From: an uncultured Gemmatimonadales bacterium
GTDB taxonomy: Bacteria; Gemmatimonadota; Gemmatimonadetes; Gemmatimonadales; GWC2-71-9
Direction: 5' to 3'
Length of the DNA: 64,000 bases
Assembly: GCA_963728915.1 (NCBI GenBank)
Contig: CAVSLV010000002.1
Span: forward strand, 192,001 to 256,000
Numbering within the stretch: the stretch's first letter is position 1; each line of letters opens with the position of its first letter. The notes under the pieces are model-generated. The model searched no databases. It was given only the letters and a program-made list of their open reading frames with translations, and was not told where the DNA came from. This document shows positions 19,342 through 29,512 of this stretch, one piece after another. Both the position numbers and the translations under genes were made by a program.

Positions 19342-20322
19342 TCATTCATACCGGATCGCCTCGATCGGCGGCAAGCGCGCCGCGCGGACGGCTGGATACA
19401 GCCCGAACACAATACCGACGATGATGCCGGCGCCGGTAGCGACCAGGAGGGTCGTCCCCGTCACCGCGATCCGCACCGGGGCGTCGGTTTGCGCGCGCAT
19501 CGCCGCCGTCACCGCGACCCCGGTGACCAGACCCAGGGTGACGCCCACCACCGCGCCCACTCCCGAAAGCGTCACCGACTCGGCGAGAAACTGAACCAGG
19601 ATATCGGCGCGCTTCGCGCCGATGGCCCGCCGAACCCCGATCTCCCTGGTGCGCTCCGTCACCGACGCGAGCAGCACGTTCATGATCCCGATGCCCCCGA
19701 CGACCAGGGAAATGCCGGTGATGGCGCCCATCAGGAGCTTGAACACCAGCATCGCGCGGCGGGCCTGATTCGCCCGCATCTCGTTGGACTGAACCGCGAC
19801 GCGATCCTGCCATCGTTCCCATCGCGACCCGAGCCAGCGCTCGACCCGGGCGCGGAGCTCGGGGACATTTTCGATTCGATCCGCACGCACCGTCAGCGCC
19901 GGTAATGGCGCGGCCTCACGCTGTCACCGACCGTCACTCCGAGCGATTGGGCGATCGAGGCAGGCAGCGTCACGACCCGGGCGCCGGTCGCCAGATCGGT
20001 CTCGGCCAGCGATCGCCCGGCGGTCACGATGAACTGGTGCTGGCTTGCCAGCGTGCCCATCCCCGATACGATCACCCCGTGCCCGATCGTGTCCCCTGTT
20101 GCGTGCGCGGGGACTCCTCCGGTGACCGAAAGGGACACCGTCGCGCCGGCCCCCAGTACCGACTGCAGGGCCACCGCGTCGGGCCATCCGCTCGACGCCG
20201 TCACCGACCGAGAGCACCGCGACCAGGGCCGCCACCCCGATGACAACGCCGAGGGCCGACAGCGCCGTCCGGAGTGGATTCGACCGTAGCGCGCGGAGCC
20301 CGACCACGAAGGAGAATCGCAT
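19342..20322 (-). pseudogene. MacB-like ABC permease with two internal deletions/frameshifts
   Basis: Three pieces with breaks between them: MRFSFVVGLRALRSNPLRTALSALGVVIGVAALV; a periplasmic piece (GRSLAETD); and an intact FtsX C-terminus (GGIGIMNVLLASVTERTREIG). Confidence 0.85.
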
Positions 20323-20452
20323 ACCGGAAGAAAAGTATCCCCGCCTCGATCCGCTCTGCTCGAAACCCCACCTGTCTCGAGGACGTAGAGCCCAGACGCA
20401 ACGTTCCAGCCCACCGGGCTGTCTAACTCGGACCTTCGGCCAAAGGCATGCC

Positions 20453-22873
20453 GTGCTCACTGAATGGGCCACCGACCTTCGCCACGCCTGGCGCGCTCTC
20501 CGCCGCACTCCCGGTTTTCTGGCCACCTCCGTGATCACGCTGGGCCTCGCCATCGGGGCCGTGGCCGGCATGTTCAACGTGGTGAACACGGTCGTTCTGA
20601 AACCGCTGCCCTTCCCCGATGCCGACCGGCTCGTCGCTATCGCGGGCACCGCCCCCGGATCGGATCTGCCTCCACGGTTCAGCCCCGGTCTCGAATTCTT
20701 CCTCCACTACAAGGAGCAATCGAAGCTCCTCGACGGTCTCTTCGTGTTCGGCGCCGGCACCTCGACGCTCCGGACCGAAGACCGGGTCGAGCGGATCGAG
20801 ATGGCCTGGCCCAGCAACGAGATGTACCAGACCCTCGGCGCCCGGCCTCTCCTGGGCAGGCTCCCGGTTGACGAAGACGCCGACCACGTGGTCGTCATCA
20901 GCTATCAGCTCTGGCAGACCTGGTTCGCCGGCGACACCGCCGTGATCGGCCGTTCCTACTTCGTGTCCGACAGCATGCGCCAGATCGTGGGGATCATGCC
21001 GCCGGACTTCCACTTTCCCAGGGAAGCGACCCTGCTCTGGGTGGCCGGCAGCATCCGGCTCGCTCAGGTGCGTCCCGGCCAGGGCGGGCTTCCCATGATC
21101 GGCAGGATGAAGCCCGGCGTAACCCGCGAAGCGCTGGCCGCCGAGCTGACTCGTCTGTCGAAAGCCCTGCCCGATCGGTTCGGCGGCCCGCCCAACTATG
21201 CCAGGATCATCCAGCAGCACTCGGCGGTGGTGGATCCGATGCTCGACGTGATGGTCGGACCGACCACCAGAACGTCGCTCTGGGTGCTCCTTGCCGCCGT
21301 CGCGATCGTGCTGGCCATCGCCTGCGCCAACGTGGCCAATCTCTTCCTGGTTCGCGCGGAGGGACGCCATCGCGACCTGGCGGTGCGGCGCGCCATGGGC
21401 GCGAGCCGAACCCAGCTGGTCCGGCTCCAGCTGGCCGAGGCCTTCCTGGTGGCGCTTGTGGCCGGGGGCCTGGCGGTGGTGCTCACGCTCGTCACCTTGC
21501 CGGTCCTCCTCCACGCCGCGCCGCCCCGCATTCCCCGGCTGGCCCTGGTGAGCCTCGATCTTCCCACGGTGGTGGTCGCGTTCCTTCTGGTGGTGGTCGC
21601 CGCGCTGGCCTGTGGGGCGTTCCCCGCTTGGCGCGCCTCCGCGCCCAATCTCCAGCGGCTTCGGGAAGGGGGCCGTGGCGCCACCGGGCGCCGGCACTGG
21701 GCCCGCAACGGACTGGTGGTCGGGCAGACCGCCCTGGCGCTGGTGCTGCTGATCGGCTCGGCGCTCCTGGTCCGGAGCTTCCAGAAGCTTCGCCACGTGG
21801 ACCCGGGTTATGACGTCCGGGACCTCTACACGTTCCAATTCGCCCCGGACCAGAAGCAGCTCACCGACGGACCCAGCTGGGGCCATCTGCATCTGGACTT
21901 CATGAACCGGCTTCGCGCCCTGCCCGGCGTCACCGCGGTCGGGATCGTCAACAACGTTCCCCTCGATGAGGGAACCGGACAAACCCGGTTTCTCACCACC
22001 GGGATGGATGCCACCGGCGGTGGTGCCCTGCTCAAGGTGAACTGGACGGCGGGAGACTACTTCACCGCGATGGGCATCGACCTCGTCCGGGGCCGCAGCT
22101 TCACCAGCGATGAAGCGGTGACACCCAACAGCAACGTCATCGTGAGCCGGTCGGCGGCGGAACGCATGTGGCCGGGGCAGAACCCGCTGGGCCGTCAGCT
22201 GTGGCGAACCGGCTCATCCCAGACCTTCACCGTCGTCGGAGTGGTGAGCGATGTGAAGCAGGACGACTGGCGGGAAGCGGGAGAATCCATCGTGTATTTC
22301 CCGCTCACCGGTCCGACACCGACTGCCTGGGCCATGGGGTCGCCCGCCTACGTCGTCAAGTCTGCCCGGGCCGCGAGCCTGGGTCGGGAGGTGCGTGAGC
22401 TGGTCCATCAGGTGGCTCCCGAAGCGCCGGTCTATCGGGAATACACCATGGAGGAGCTCGCCGGCCGCTCCATGGTCCAGCTCAGCTTCACGATGCTCAC
22501 GCTCAGTGTGGTGTCCGGGCTCGCCCTGATCCTCGGCGCGGTGGGCCTCTACGGCGTGCTGGCCTACGTGGTGACCGAGCGGACCCGGGAAATCGGGGTC
22601 CGCATGGCGCTGGGCGCGACGCCGCGCACGGTGCAGAAGATGGTGGTTTCCCAGGGCGTGCGAGTCGTCCTGATCGGAGCGGCCCTCGGCATCGTGGCGG
22701 CTCTGGCCTCCACCCGCGCGCTCGGCAACCTGCTCTACGACGTGCCGGCGATCGACCTCTGGGTCTTCCTGGCCATGTCCGTCACCCTGATGGCGATCGG
22801 CATGGTGGCGAGTTTCCTCCCGGCACGAAGGGCAAGCCGGGTGGACCCGATCGAGTCCCTCCGGAACGAGTGA
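20453..22873 (+). CDS. ADOP family duplicated permease
   Basis: DLRHAWRALRRTPGF, IACANVANLFL, ERTREIGVRMALGA. Confidence 0.93.
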   Translation: MLTEWATDLRHAWRALRRTPGFLATSVITLGLAIGAVAGMFNVVNTVVLKPLPFPDADRLVAIAGTAPGSDLPPRFSPGLEFFLHYKEQSKLLDGLFVFGAGTSTLRTEDRVERIEMAWPSNEMYQTLGARPLLGRLPVDEDADHVVVISYQLWQTWFAGDTAVIGRSYFVSDSMRQIVGIMPPDFHFPREATLLWVAGSIRLAQVRPGQGGLPMIGRMKPGVTREALAAELTRLSKALPDRFGGPPNYARIIQQHSAVVDPMLDVMVGPTTRTSLWVLLAAVAIVLAIACANVANLFLVRAEGRHRDLAVRRAMGASRTQLVRLQLAEAFLVALVAGGLAVVLTLVTLPVLLHAAPPRIPRLALVSLDLPTVVVAFLLVVVAALACGAFPAWRASAPNLQRLREGGRGATGRRHWARNGLVVGQTALALVLLIGSALLVRSFQKLRHVDPGYDVRDLYTFQFAPDQKQLTDGPSWGHLHLDFMNRLRALPGVTAVGIVNNVPLDEGTGQTRFLTTGMDATGGGALLKVNWTAGDYFTAMGIDLVRGRSFTSDEAVTPNSNVIVSRSAAERMWPGQNPLGRQLWRTGSSQTFTVVGVVSDVKQDDWREAGESIVYFPLTGPTPTAWAMGSPAYVVKSARAASLGREVRELVHQVAPEAPVYREYTMEELAGRSMVQLSFTMLTLSVVSGLALILGAVGLYGVLAYVVTERTREIGVRMALGATPRTVQKMVVSQGVRVVLIGAALGIVAALASTRALGNLLYDVPAIDLWVFLAMSVTLMAIGMVASFLPARRASRVDPIESLRNE

Positions 22874-22941
22874 ACCTCCCGAGCGGCCGGCCTCCCGCGA
22901 TATCTTGCAGGCCGGTCAGTGGCCGACACCGAGGGTCTCGG

Positions 22942-23253
22942 GGAATCGGCGGCACCATCTACACCACCATCGTGGTGCGGCGTGCCTGGCGTCAGACCCA
23001 CTACCGGCCCGTCGCCGAGGACTGGATCTGGCACGTCGCGCTCCCCCTGGTCGGCTATCTGGTGCTCGTGCTGGCGGCCGCGATCCTCTCCCTGCATCCG
23101 GTCACCGGGTTGTTCCTCGTGGGTGGCGTGGCCCTCATGCTGATCTTCGTCGGCATCCATAACGCGTGGGATGCCGTGTCGTATATGGTGCTCCAGCGCC
23201 GCGCCATGCTCAGATCGCCGGAGCCTCGGTCAAAGGCGCCCCGGGCGCCGTAG
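22942..23253 (+). pseudogene. C-terminal remnant of a membrane protein
   Basis: YRPVAEDWIWHVALPL...FVGIHNAWDAVSY resembles the second half of a conserved multi-TM protein. The upstream in-frame sequence looks non-coding. Confidence 0.6.
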
Positions 23254-23269
23254 CTCACCGTCAGGTAAC

Positions 23270-23797
23270 GTGGCTCTCGTCGTCCTGCTCCGTGGCGTGA
23301 ACGTCGGGGGCAACCGGACCTTCCGTCCGGCCGCGCTCGCCGCGGAGCTCAGCCACCTGGGCGCGGTCAATATCGGGGCCGCGGGAACCTTCGTGATCCG
23401 GAAACCCATCACCCGGAGGAACCTTCGCGCCGAGCTGGCGCGCCGGCTTCCCTTCGAGACCCAGATCATGCTGTGCGAAGGGCGCGAGATCCGGAGCCTG
23501 ATTTCTCGCGATCCCTTTTCGGAACACCCGACGGCGTCCGACCTGACCCGGTTCGTCAGCGTGCTGGCCCGGGTGCCCCGGACCGGGCCGGCGATGCCGT
23601 GCAGTCTTCCGCCCGAGGGACAATGGCTGGTAAGAATTCTGGGGCGAGAGCGTTGTATCGTCGTTGGGGTCTACCGCCGGCACCTGAAGACCATCGGCTA
23701 TCTCGGGAAGCTGGACCGGCTCTTCGGGGTTCCGGTCACCACCCGGAACTGGAACACCATGACCACGATCGCGCAAACGCTGGAGACCGGGGATTAA
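23270..23797 (+). CDS. DUF1697 domain protein
   Basis: VVLLRGVNVGG N-terminus and TTRNWNT C-terminal motif. Confidence 0.88.
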   Translation: MALVVLLRGVNVGGNRTFRPAALAAELSHLGAVNIGAAGTFVIRKPITRRNLRAELARRLPFETQIMLCEGREIRSLISRDPFSEHPTASDLTRFVSVLARVPRTGPAMPCSLPPEGQWLVRILGRERCIVVGVYRRHLKTIGYLGKLDRLFGVPVTTRNWNTMTTIAQTLETGD

Positions 23798-23803
23798 CCC
23801 GGC

Positions 23804-25741
23804 TCAGCGCTCCGGCAGGGCGAACGCGACGACGTAATCGCCCGGCCCCCACTCGTCGCCGCCGCCCACGCACACCACCACGAACTGGCGTCCACCGGCC
23901 TCGTAGGTCATCGGTGTGGCGCGGGCGCCGGCGGGAAGCGGACCCTTCCACAACTCCTTCCCGGTTTCGACGTCGAAGGCGCGAAGTACGTGGTCCATTG
24001 CGGCGCCGATGAAGACCAGGCCCGAGGCGGTCACGATCGGTCCACCGAGGTTGGGCGTTCCCAGCGAGGGAGAGGCGGGGGGAATGCCGGGGCGAAGGGA
24101 TGAAGGATCACCCAGGGGAGCCTCCCAGGCCTTCGCGCCGGTCGAGAGGTCGATCGCCACCAGCTTTCCGAAGGGCGGCGGCGTACAAGGCAAACCGCCG
24201 GAAGTGTTGATCATGTTGCGCCGCATGACATAGGGCGTTCCATGCATGCGGGTGTATTCATCCCCCAGCCGGGAGGTGTGCTCCCGCATCTGGGTGGTAT
24301 CGAGCTGGTCGAGCCGGATGAGCTGCACCCGCGCCGCGATGGTGTTCACCGGGATGATCGCGAGCTGGCGGGCCGGGTCGAAGGCGAGGCCTCCCCAGTG
24401 CGCGCCGCCGATATTCGAAGGCAGCACCACCGATCCTTCGAGGGAGGGCGGGGTGAAGGGACCATCGTTCCGCATCGGGCGGATCATCGCCAGACAGGAC
24501 GCCCGAATGGCGTCATTGGGCGCCCAGACAGCCGATGAATCGAAACGGCTGGGCGAGAGCGGGGGAATCACCGTGTTGAATGGCTGGGTCGGTGAGGCCC
24601 GCTCGCCATAGAGCGTGCTCGGGGGAACCGGTCGTTCTTCCACCGGAAATACCGGAACGCCGGTATCGCGATTCAGCACGAAGAGCTGTCCCGACTTGGT
24701 GGCCTGGAGCACCACGTCCTGCCGGGCGCCGTTCCGGGTAATGGTGGCCAGCACCGGGGGAGCGGCGTTGTCGTAGTCCCAGAGATCGTGGTGCACCGTC
24801 TGGAAGTGCCAGATCACCTTGCCGGTACTGGCCCGGAGCGCGACGATCGAGTTCGCGTAGCGGTTGTCCCCGATCCGTTCGCCACCGTAGTAGTCGGGGC
24901 TCGGGCTCCCGGTCGGCACGAAGACCAGATCGCGCGCGGAATCGGCCGCCAGCACGCTCCACGCATTGGCGGCCCCGGTCGAGTGCGCCATCGCGCCCCG
25001 CCAACTCGACCAGGCGGGGTCGCTGGAATCGCGGGGCACCGGATCCCAGCTCCACTTGAGGACGCCGGTCCGGGCGTCGTAGGCCCGCACTTCGCCGCTC
25101 GCCGCGTTGGTCCGCCCGTTGTCCGCGACCGCCGAGCCGGTGACGATGGTCCCGCGGATGATCGCCGGTGGCGAGGTGAGCTCGTATTCCTCGGCGTAGT
25201 ACGGCGTGTTATGGAGACCGTCGCGGAGCCGCACCGTGCCGGCATTCCCGAACCCGGCGCAGGGGTGGCCGGACCTGGCATCGAGCGCGATGATCCGGCC
25301 GTCAATCACCGGGAGATAGATGCGCCGCTTGCACGAGGCATGGGCCGGCGCCCGGGGATCGAGCCAGGTGGAGACCCCGCGACTCGCGAAGTCTCCCCAG
25401 TTGCCCCCTCGGTCCGCGGTGGTGTGGAATTCCCATCGCTCTGCGCCGGTGACCGGGTCGAGCGCAATGGCGCGCCCGAACGGGGTCGAGAGATAGAGCG
25501 TCCCGTCCACCATGAGCGGAGTCGCCTCGAACTTGGGCACCCGGCGCACCGCGCTGTCGCCGGTGCGGAAGCTCCACGCCACGGTCAGGCGCGCGACGTT
25601 CTGCCGGGTGATCTGGGTCAGGGGGGAGAACCGCGCGCCGGATTGATCGCGTCCGTAGGCGCTCCATTCACCAGGTTGCTGGGCGGCGACCGGAGCGGCG
25701 ACGCCGGCGGCCAGCATCAGAGCGCGCAAGGTATTGGTCAT
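23804..25741 (-). CDS. Periplasmic PQQ-dependent dehydrogenase (glucose/quinate family)
   Basis: Signal peptide; RFSPLTQIT, FEATPL, WHFQTVHHDLWDYD, GGAHWGG, ATPMTY. Confidence 0.92.
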   Translation of the reverse strand: MTNTLRALMLAAGVAAPVAAQQPGEWSAYGRDQSGARFSPLTQITRQNVARLTVAWSFRTGDSAVRRVPKFEATPLMVDGTLYLSTPFGRAIALDPVTGAERWEFHTTADRGGNWGDFASRGVSTWLDPRAPAHASCKRRIYLPVIDGRIIALDARSGHPCAGFGNAGTVRLRDGLHNTPYYAEEYELTSPPAIIRGTIVTGSAVADNGRTNAASGEVRAYDARTGVLKWSWDPVPRDSSDPAWSSWRGAMAHSTGAANAWSVLAADSARDLVFVPTGSPSPDYYGGERIGDNRYANSIVALRASTGKVIWHFQTVHHDLWDYDNAAPPVLATITRNGARQDVVLQATKSGQLFVLNRDTGVPVFPVEERPVPPSTLYGERASPTQPFNTVIPPLSPSRFDSSAVWAPNDAIRASCLAMIRPMRNDGPFTPPSLEGSVVLPSNIGGAHWGGLAFDPARQLAIIPVNTIAARVQLIRLDQLDTTQMREHTSRLGDEYTRMHGTPYVMRRNMINTSGGLPCTPPPFGKLVAIDLSTGAKAWEAPLGDPSSLRPGIPPASPSLGTPNLGGPIVTASGLVFIGAAMDHVLRAFDVETGKELWKGPLPAGARATPMTYEAGGRQFVVVCVGGGDEWGPGDYVVAFALPER

Positions 25742-25802
25742 AGGTCCTAACCTATCACGACGGGGCCAGCGCCGGGGAGGTGTCGTATGTTTGGCGTGCC
25801 GA

Positions 25803-25966
25803 ACCACGGTCGTGGGGCTCGACCTGGGTGCCGGTATCTACGAAGCGAGGGTGCCCGCGTCGCGATCCATGCGGGTGGAGGATTCTGGGCCTATCTGACC
25901 TCGGCGCTCGCACTCTCGGCCGTCGACACCGGCAGGCCGGCCCCGGACCTTCGTCAGCACGCCTAA
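25803..25966 (+). pseudogene. Possible internally deleted remnant of a DUF1772-like membrane protein
   Basis: TTVVGLDLGAGIYEARV, then a frame change to RVAIHAGGGFWAYLTSALALSAV. Confidence 0.35.
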
Positions 25967-26020
25967 CACGCTCCGCTTGCGCGGGCCCCAGAGGTTCAGT
26001 CCCGGAGGTATATTGGCGCG

Positions 26021-27574
26021 ATGACCGCTCCTTCTTCCGTCCGGGTCGCGGAGCTCATGGCGTCGCTGTCCCACGCCGCGGACCTCGGCATGGGCCTGCC
26101 CAGCGATTACGCTGTCACGACCTGCGTCCTCGGCCTCCGCCTCGGCGACGCCCTCGGCTTCGACAGCGCCACGCTCCAGGACGTCTATTACGAAACCCTG
26201 CTCCGCTACGTCGGCTGCAACGCCGACGTGCAGTGGTTCGGATCCCTGTTCGGCGACGAGCTGGCGTTCCGCGCCGAGTACGCCACCCTCGATACCGCCG
26301 ACATGCCGGCGGTGCTCGACCTGATCCATCGCTCGATCAAGGGCTCGGAGGCCCTGACCCGCACCATCGGTACCGAGGCCGCGATCCAGCGGGCCATGGC
26401 CGAGCTGCCGGTCGTGATGGGCTCGTTCCTTCCGGGCCACTGCGAAGTGGCCCAGCGGCTCTCTCAGCGGATGGGGTTCCCCGCCTCGTTCGTCACCACC
26501 GTGGGCCAGATCTACGCGCGATGGGACGGAAAGGGCATTCCCGGACTCGCGGGCGAGGAGATCTCCCCCGCGTTCCTCTGCGCCTCGCTGGCCCACGATG
26601 CGGCCATCATCCACCGCGTCGGCGGAATCGATGCGGCGACGGCCATGGCACGGCAGCGAAGCGGGGGCACCCACGCGCCCGGAATGGTCGAAGTGTTCTG
26701 CGCGAAAGCGTCCTCGCTCCTGAAGGGTCTCGAGCGCCCGCCCCGCTGGACCGAAGTGCTCGACCAGGAGCCGGGCACCCGGCGGACTCTCGACGCGGCG
26801 GGACTCGACGCCGCGCTCGCGGCCATTGCCGACTTCAGCGATCTCAAGTCCCCCTCCTTCCTCGGGCACTCACACGGGGTGGCCACCCTGGTCACCCGCG
26901 CCGGCGAGGTCTTCGGGCTGCCAGCGACCGATGTCGAGCTGCTCCGGCGCGCCGCGCTGGTGCACGACGTCGGCAAGACCGGCGTCAGTACCACGATCTG
27001 GGCCAGCACGGAACGGCTGAGCGATCGCGAATGGGAATCGGTCCGGCTCCATCCCTATCATACCGGCCGGGTGTTTGCCCGATCCGAAGCGCTGAACCCG
27101 CTCGGCCAGCTCGCCGCGATGCACCACGAGCGGCTGGACGGGACCGGATACCACGGCGGCCTGCCCGCCGCGATGCAGCCGATCACGGCGAGGCTCCTCA
27201 CCGCGGCCAATCGGTTTCGCTCGCTGGTGGAGGACCGTCCCCACCGGCCGGCCCACTCTCCCGAGGAAGCTGGCCGGCTGCTCCGCGCCGAAGCGTTGCA
27301 GAAACGGCTCGATGAGGACGCCGTGGCGGCGGTCCTCACCGCCGCGGGAGAGCGAACCGCCTGGCGGCGGAAAGCAGCCTCCGCGGCGCTGACGGAGCGG
27401 GAGGTCGAAGTCGTCCGGCTGCTCGCCCGGGGCGGAACCATGAAGGAAGTGGCCTCCCAGCTCGACATCGCCTACAAGACTGTGGACCGCCACACCCAGA
27501 GCATCTACGGCAAGATCGGAGTCAAGACCCGCGCCGGAGCCACGCTGTGGGCGGTTGAGCACGGACTTACCTGA
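26021..27574 (+). CDS. Tandem HD/HD-GYP domain protein with C-terminal LuxR HTH
   Basis: ARWDGKGIP (degenerate first HD); HDVGK...HHERLDGTGY; LTEREVEVVRLLARG...IYGKIGVKTRA. Confidence 0.92.
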   Translation: MTAPSSVRVAELMASLSHAADLGMGLPSDYAVTTCVLGLRLGDALGFDSATLQDVYYETLLRYVGCNADVQWFGSLFGDELAFRAEYATLDTADMPAVLDLIHRSIKGSEALTRTIGTEAAIQRAMAELPVVMGSFLPGHCEVAQRLSQRMGFPASFVTTVGQIYARWDGKGIPGLAGEEISPAFLCASLAHDAAIIHRVGGIDAATAMARQRSGGTHAPGMVEVFCAKASSLLKGLERPPRWTEVLDQEPGTRRTLDAAGLDAALAAIADFSDLKSPSFLGHSHGVATLVTRAGEVFGLPATDVELLRRAALVHDVGKTGVSTTIWASTERLSDREWESVRLHPYHTGRVFARSEALNPLGQLAAMHHERLDGTGYHGGLPAAMQPITARLLTAANRFRSLVEDRPHRPAHSPEEAGRLLRAEALQKRLDEDAVAAVLTAAGERTAWRRKAASAALTEREVEVVRLLARGGTMKEVASQLDIAYKTVDRHTQSIYGKIGVKTRAGATLWAVEHGLT

Positions 27575-27586
27575 TTCCCCCCCACG

Positions 27587-27606
27587 CATGGGGAATTCTC
27601 CCGATG
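27587..27606. promoter_or_regulatory. 20-bp imperfect palindrome, candidate HD-GYP-LuxR operator
   Basis: CATGGGGAATTCTCCCGATG (14/20 self-complementary) between the regulator and the downstream operon. Confidence 0.5.
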
Positions 27607-27683
27607 TGCCCCGGAGGCCCGTGCGCTATGCATGGGTCACGCGAGGCACGCTCGCAGCTCGCTCTCACCACAAGGAGGACACC

Positions 27684-27956
27684 ATGTTGCTGGCCACTAC
27701 CACCGTCGAGGACGTCGACCGATTCCTGCGGGTCTTCTCGGGACCGGGCGCGGAAAAGCGGAAGAAGCACGGCTGCAAGGGCTCGACCGTCTTTCGCGAT
27801 CCGAACCAGCCCGATCGCCTCTGGGTCACCTTCGACTGGGACGCCGCGGGCTGGCAGAGCTTCGTGTCCGACCCCGAGGTGCCGCCCATCCTCAAGGAGG
27901 CCGGCCACAAGTCGAAGCCCCAGGCGGCGGAGCTCTGCGGCAGTTACTACGCCTGA
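27684..27956 (+). CDS. Small dimeric alpha/beta-barrel-like protein
   Basis: Strong AAGGAGG RBS; VEDVDRF...VFRDPNQPDRLWVTFDW...LKEAG. Confidence 0.75.
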   Translation: MLLATTTVEDVDRFLRVFSGPGAEKRKKHGCKGSTVFRDPNQPDRLWVTFDWDAAGWQSFVSDPEVPPILKEAGHKSKPQAAELCGSYYA

Positions 27957-27969
27957 ACCGGAGACGACC

Positions 27970-28371
27970 ATGCACAAGAACGCCGATCTCGTCCGCCGCG
28001 GCTATGCCGCGTTCAATTCTGCGGACCTCGAAACTCTGACCCGGCTGTTCGACGAGAACGTCCGGTGGACCACCCCCGGACAATCGCCGATCGCCGGCAC
28101 GATGGCGAACCGCGACGCCACGTTTGCCCAATTCGGGCGCTACCTGGAAGGAACCGGCGGGACCTTCAAGGCGGATCTTCGCTACGTGACCGCCGATGAT
28201 GAGGGGCGCGTGGTGGGGATTCACCACAACACCGGCGCCCGGAATGGCAGGCGACTCGACACCGAGTGCTGCATCACGTTCCGGCTGGAGAATGGGCGGG
28301 TCGTCGAGGCCAAGGAGCACTTCCTGGATCAGGCCAACTGGGATGCCTTCTGGACGGAGGGGTCCCGATGA
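27970..28371 (+). CDS. SnoaL/NTF2-like protein
   Basis: NADLVRRGYAAFNSAD, WTTPGQSPIAG, FRLENGRVVE. Confidence 0.9.
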   Translation: MHKNADLVRRGYAAFNSADLETLTRLFDENVRWTTPGQSPIAGTMANRDATFAQFGRYLEGTGGTFKADLRYVTADDEGRVVGIHHNTGARNGRRLDTECCITFRLENGRVVEAKEHFLDQANWDAFWTEGSR

Positions 28372-29495
28372 CCGCCACCACATCCGCCGCGAAGGCAATC
28401 CGGGTCGGGGTGGTCACCGACGTCACCGGCCCCCTCGGAGCGCTGGGCACCGCGAACGCGAATACCGCGCGCATGGTGATCGACGAGCTCAATTCCGCGG
28501 GAGGCTTGCTGGGGCGGCCAGTCGAGCTCTGTCTCGAAGACAGCGAATCCTCCGACGACGCCGCCGAGGCCAAGTCACGGAAGCTGGTGAACCAGGACCG
28601 GGTCGACGTAGTCCTGGGAGGGATCTTCAGCTCCACCCGGCTCGCAATCAAGCGGGCCGTCGTGGAGGAAGGCCGGACCCTCTACATCTACCCGGAGCAA
28701 TACGAGGGACAGGAATGCCACCCCCTCATCTTCTGCACCGGGCCGGTGCCGGCCCAGCAGGTCGAGCCGCTCATTCCCTGGCTGGTGCGTGAGACCGGGG
28801 CGAAAAAGTTCTACTGCCCCTCGGCCGATTACATCTGGCCCAGGATCATGAACAGGAAGCTTCGCGAAGTGGCCGCCGCCAACGGCGGTACGATCGTCGG
28901 CGAAGAGTACTTTCCGCTCGATCACGCCGATTACAGCGCGACGATCGACAAGATCATGTCCACCGGCGCCGACGTGGTCTTCAATACCACGGTGCCGCCG
29001 GGCGTGGCGCCATTTCTCGATCAGCTCCACAAGGCCGGCTTCACCAGGCGCGGCGGACACATCGTCACCACGTACTTCGAGGAGAATGTCCTGGGCCTGT
29101 TCCCACCCGAGCTGGTCGAGGGGATGTACGGCTGTCTCGATTACTACCAGAGCGTCACCGATCCCTGGAGCAAGTCCCTGTTGAGTCGATACGAGGCCCG
29201 GTATCCGGAAGGCCCCAAGTTCACCGCGGGCAGCGCGGCCACCGGCATGTACCGGGGCTTGAAGCTCTGGGAAGCCGCCGTCAGGGAGGCGGGTTCCCTC
29301 AAGCAGGAGGACGTCATCAAAGCCCTGGATCACGCGAAGATCGCCGAGGGCCCGGGCGGCCCGGCCCAGATGGTGCCGGGGCAGCATCACCTGCGATTGA
29401 ACATGTACATTGCCCAGGTGAAGAAGAACCGGCTCGAGGTCGTGGCAAGCCTTGGCGCACTGGATCCGAAGGAGTGTACCCAGGGGGTCCGGTAG
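28368..29495 (+). CDS. AmiC/UrtA-like solute-binding-fold protein without signal peptide
   Basis: GGLLGRPVEL, GGIFSSTR, YIYPEQYEGQEC, GPVPAQQ, ADYIWPR, GEEYFPL. Confidence 0.85.
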   Translation: MTATTSAAKAIRVGVVTDVTGPLGALGTANANTARMVIDELNSAGGLLGRPVELCLEDSESSDDAAEAKSRKLVNQDRVDVVLGGIFSSTRLAIKRAVVEEGRTLYIYPEQYEGQECHPLIFCTGPVPAQQVEPLIPWLVRETGAKKFYCPSADYIWPRIMNRKLREVAAANGGTIVGEEYFPLDHADYSATIDKIMSTGADVVFNTTVPPGVAPFLDQLHKAGFTRRGGHIVTTYFEENVLGLFPPELVEGMYGCLDYYQSVTDPWSKSLLSRYEARYPEGPKFTAGSAATGMYRGLKLWEAAVREAGSLKQEDVIKALDHAKIAEGPGGPAQMVPGQHHLRLNMYIAQVKKNRLEVVASLGALDPKECTQGVR

Positions 29496-29512
29496 GCGGA
29501 GGGAGGATCGCC

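Noticed and set aside
25955..26005. GCCTAAC as an integron attC core among cassette-like small genes
   Set aside because: No matching GTTRRRY end or attC stem, no recurrence, and no integrase.
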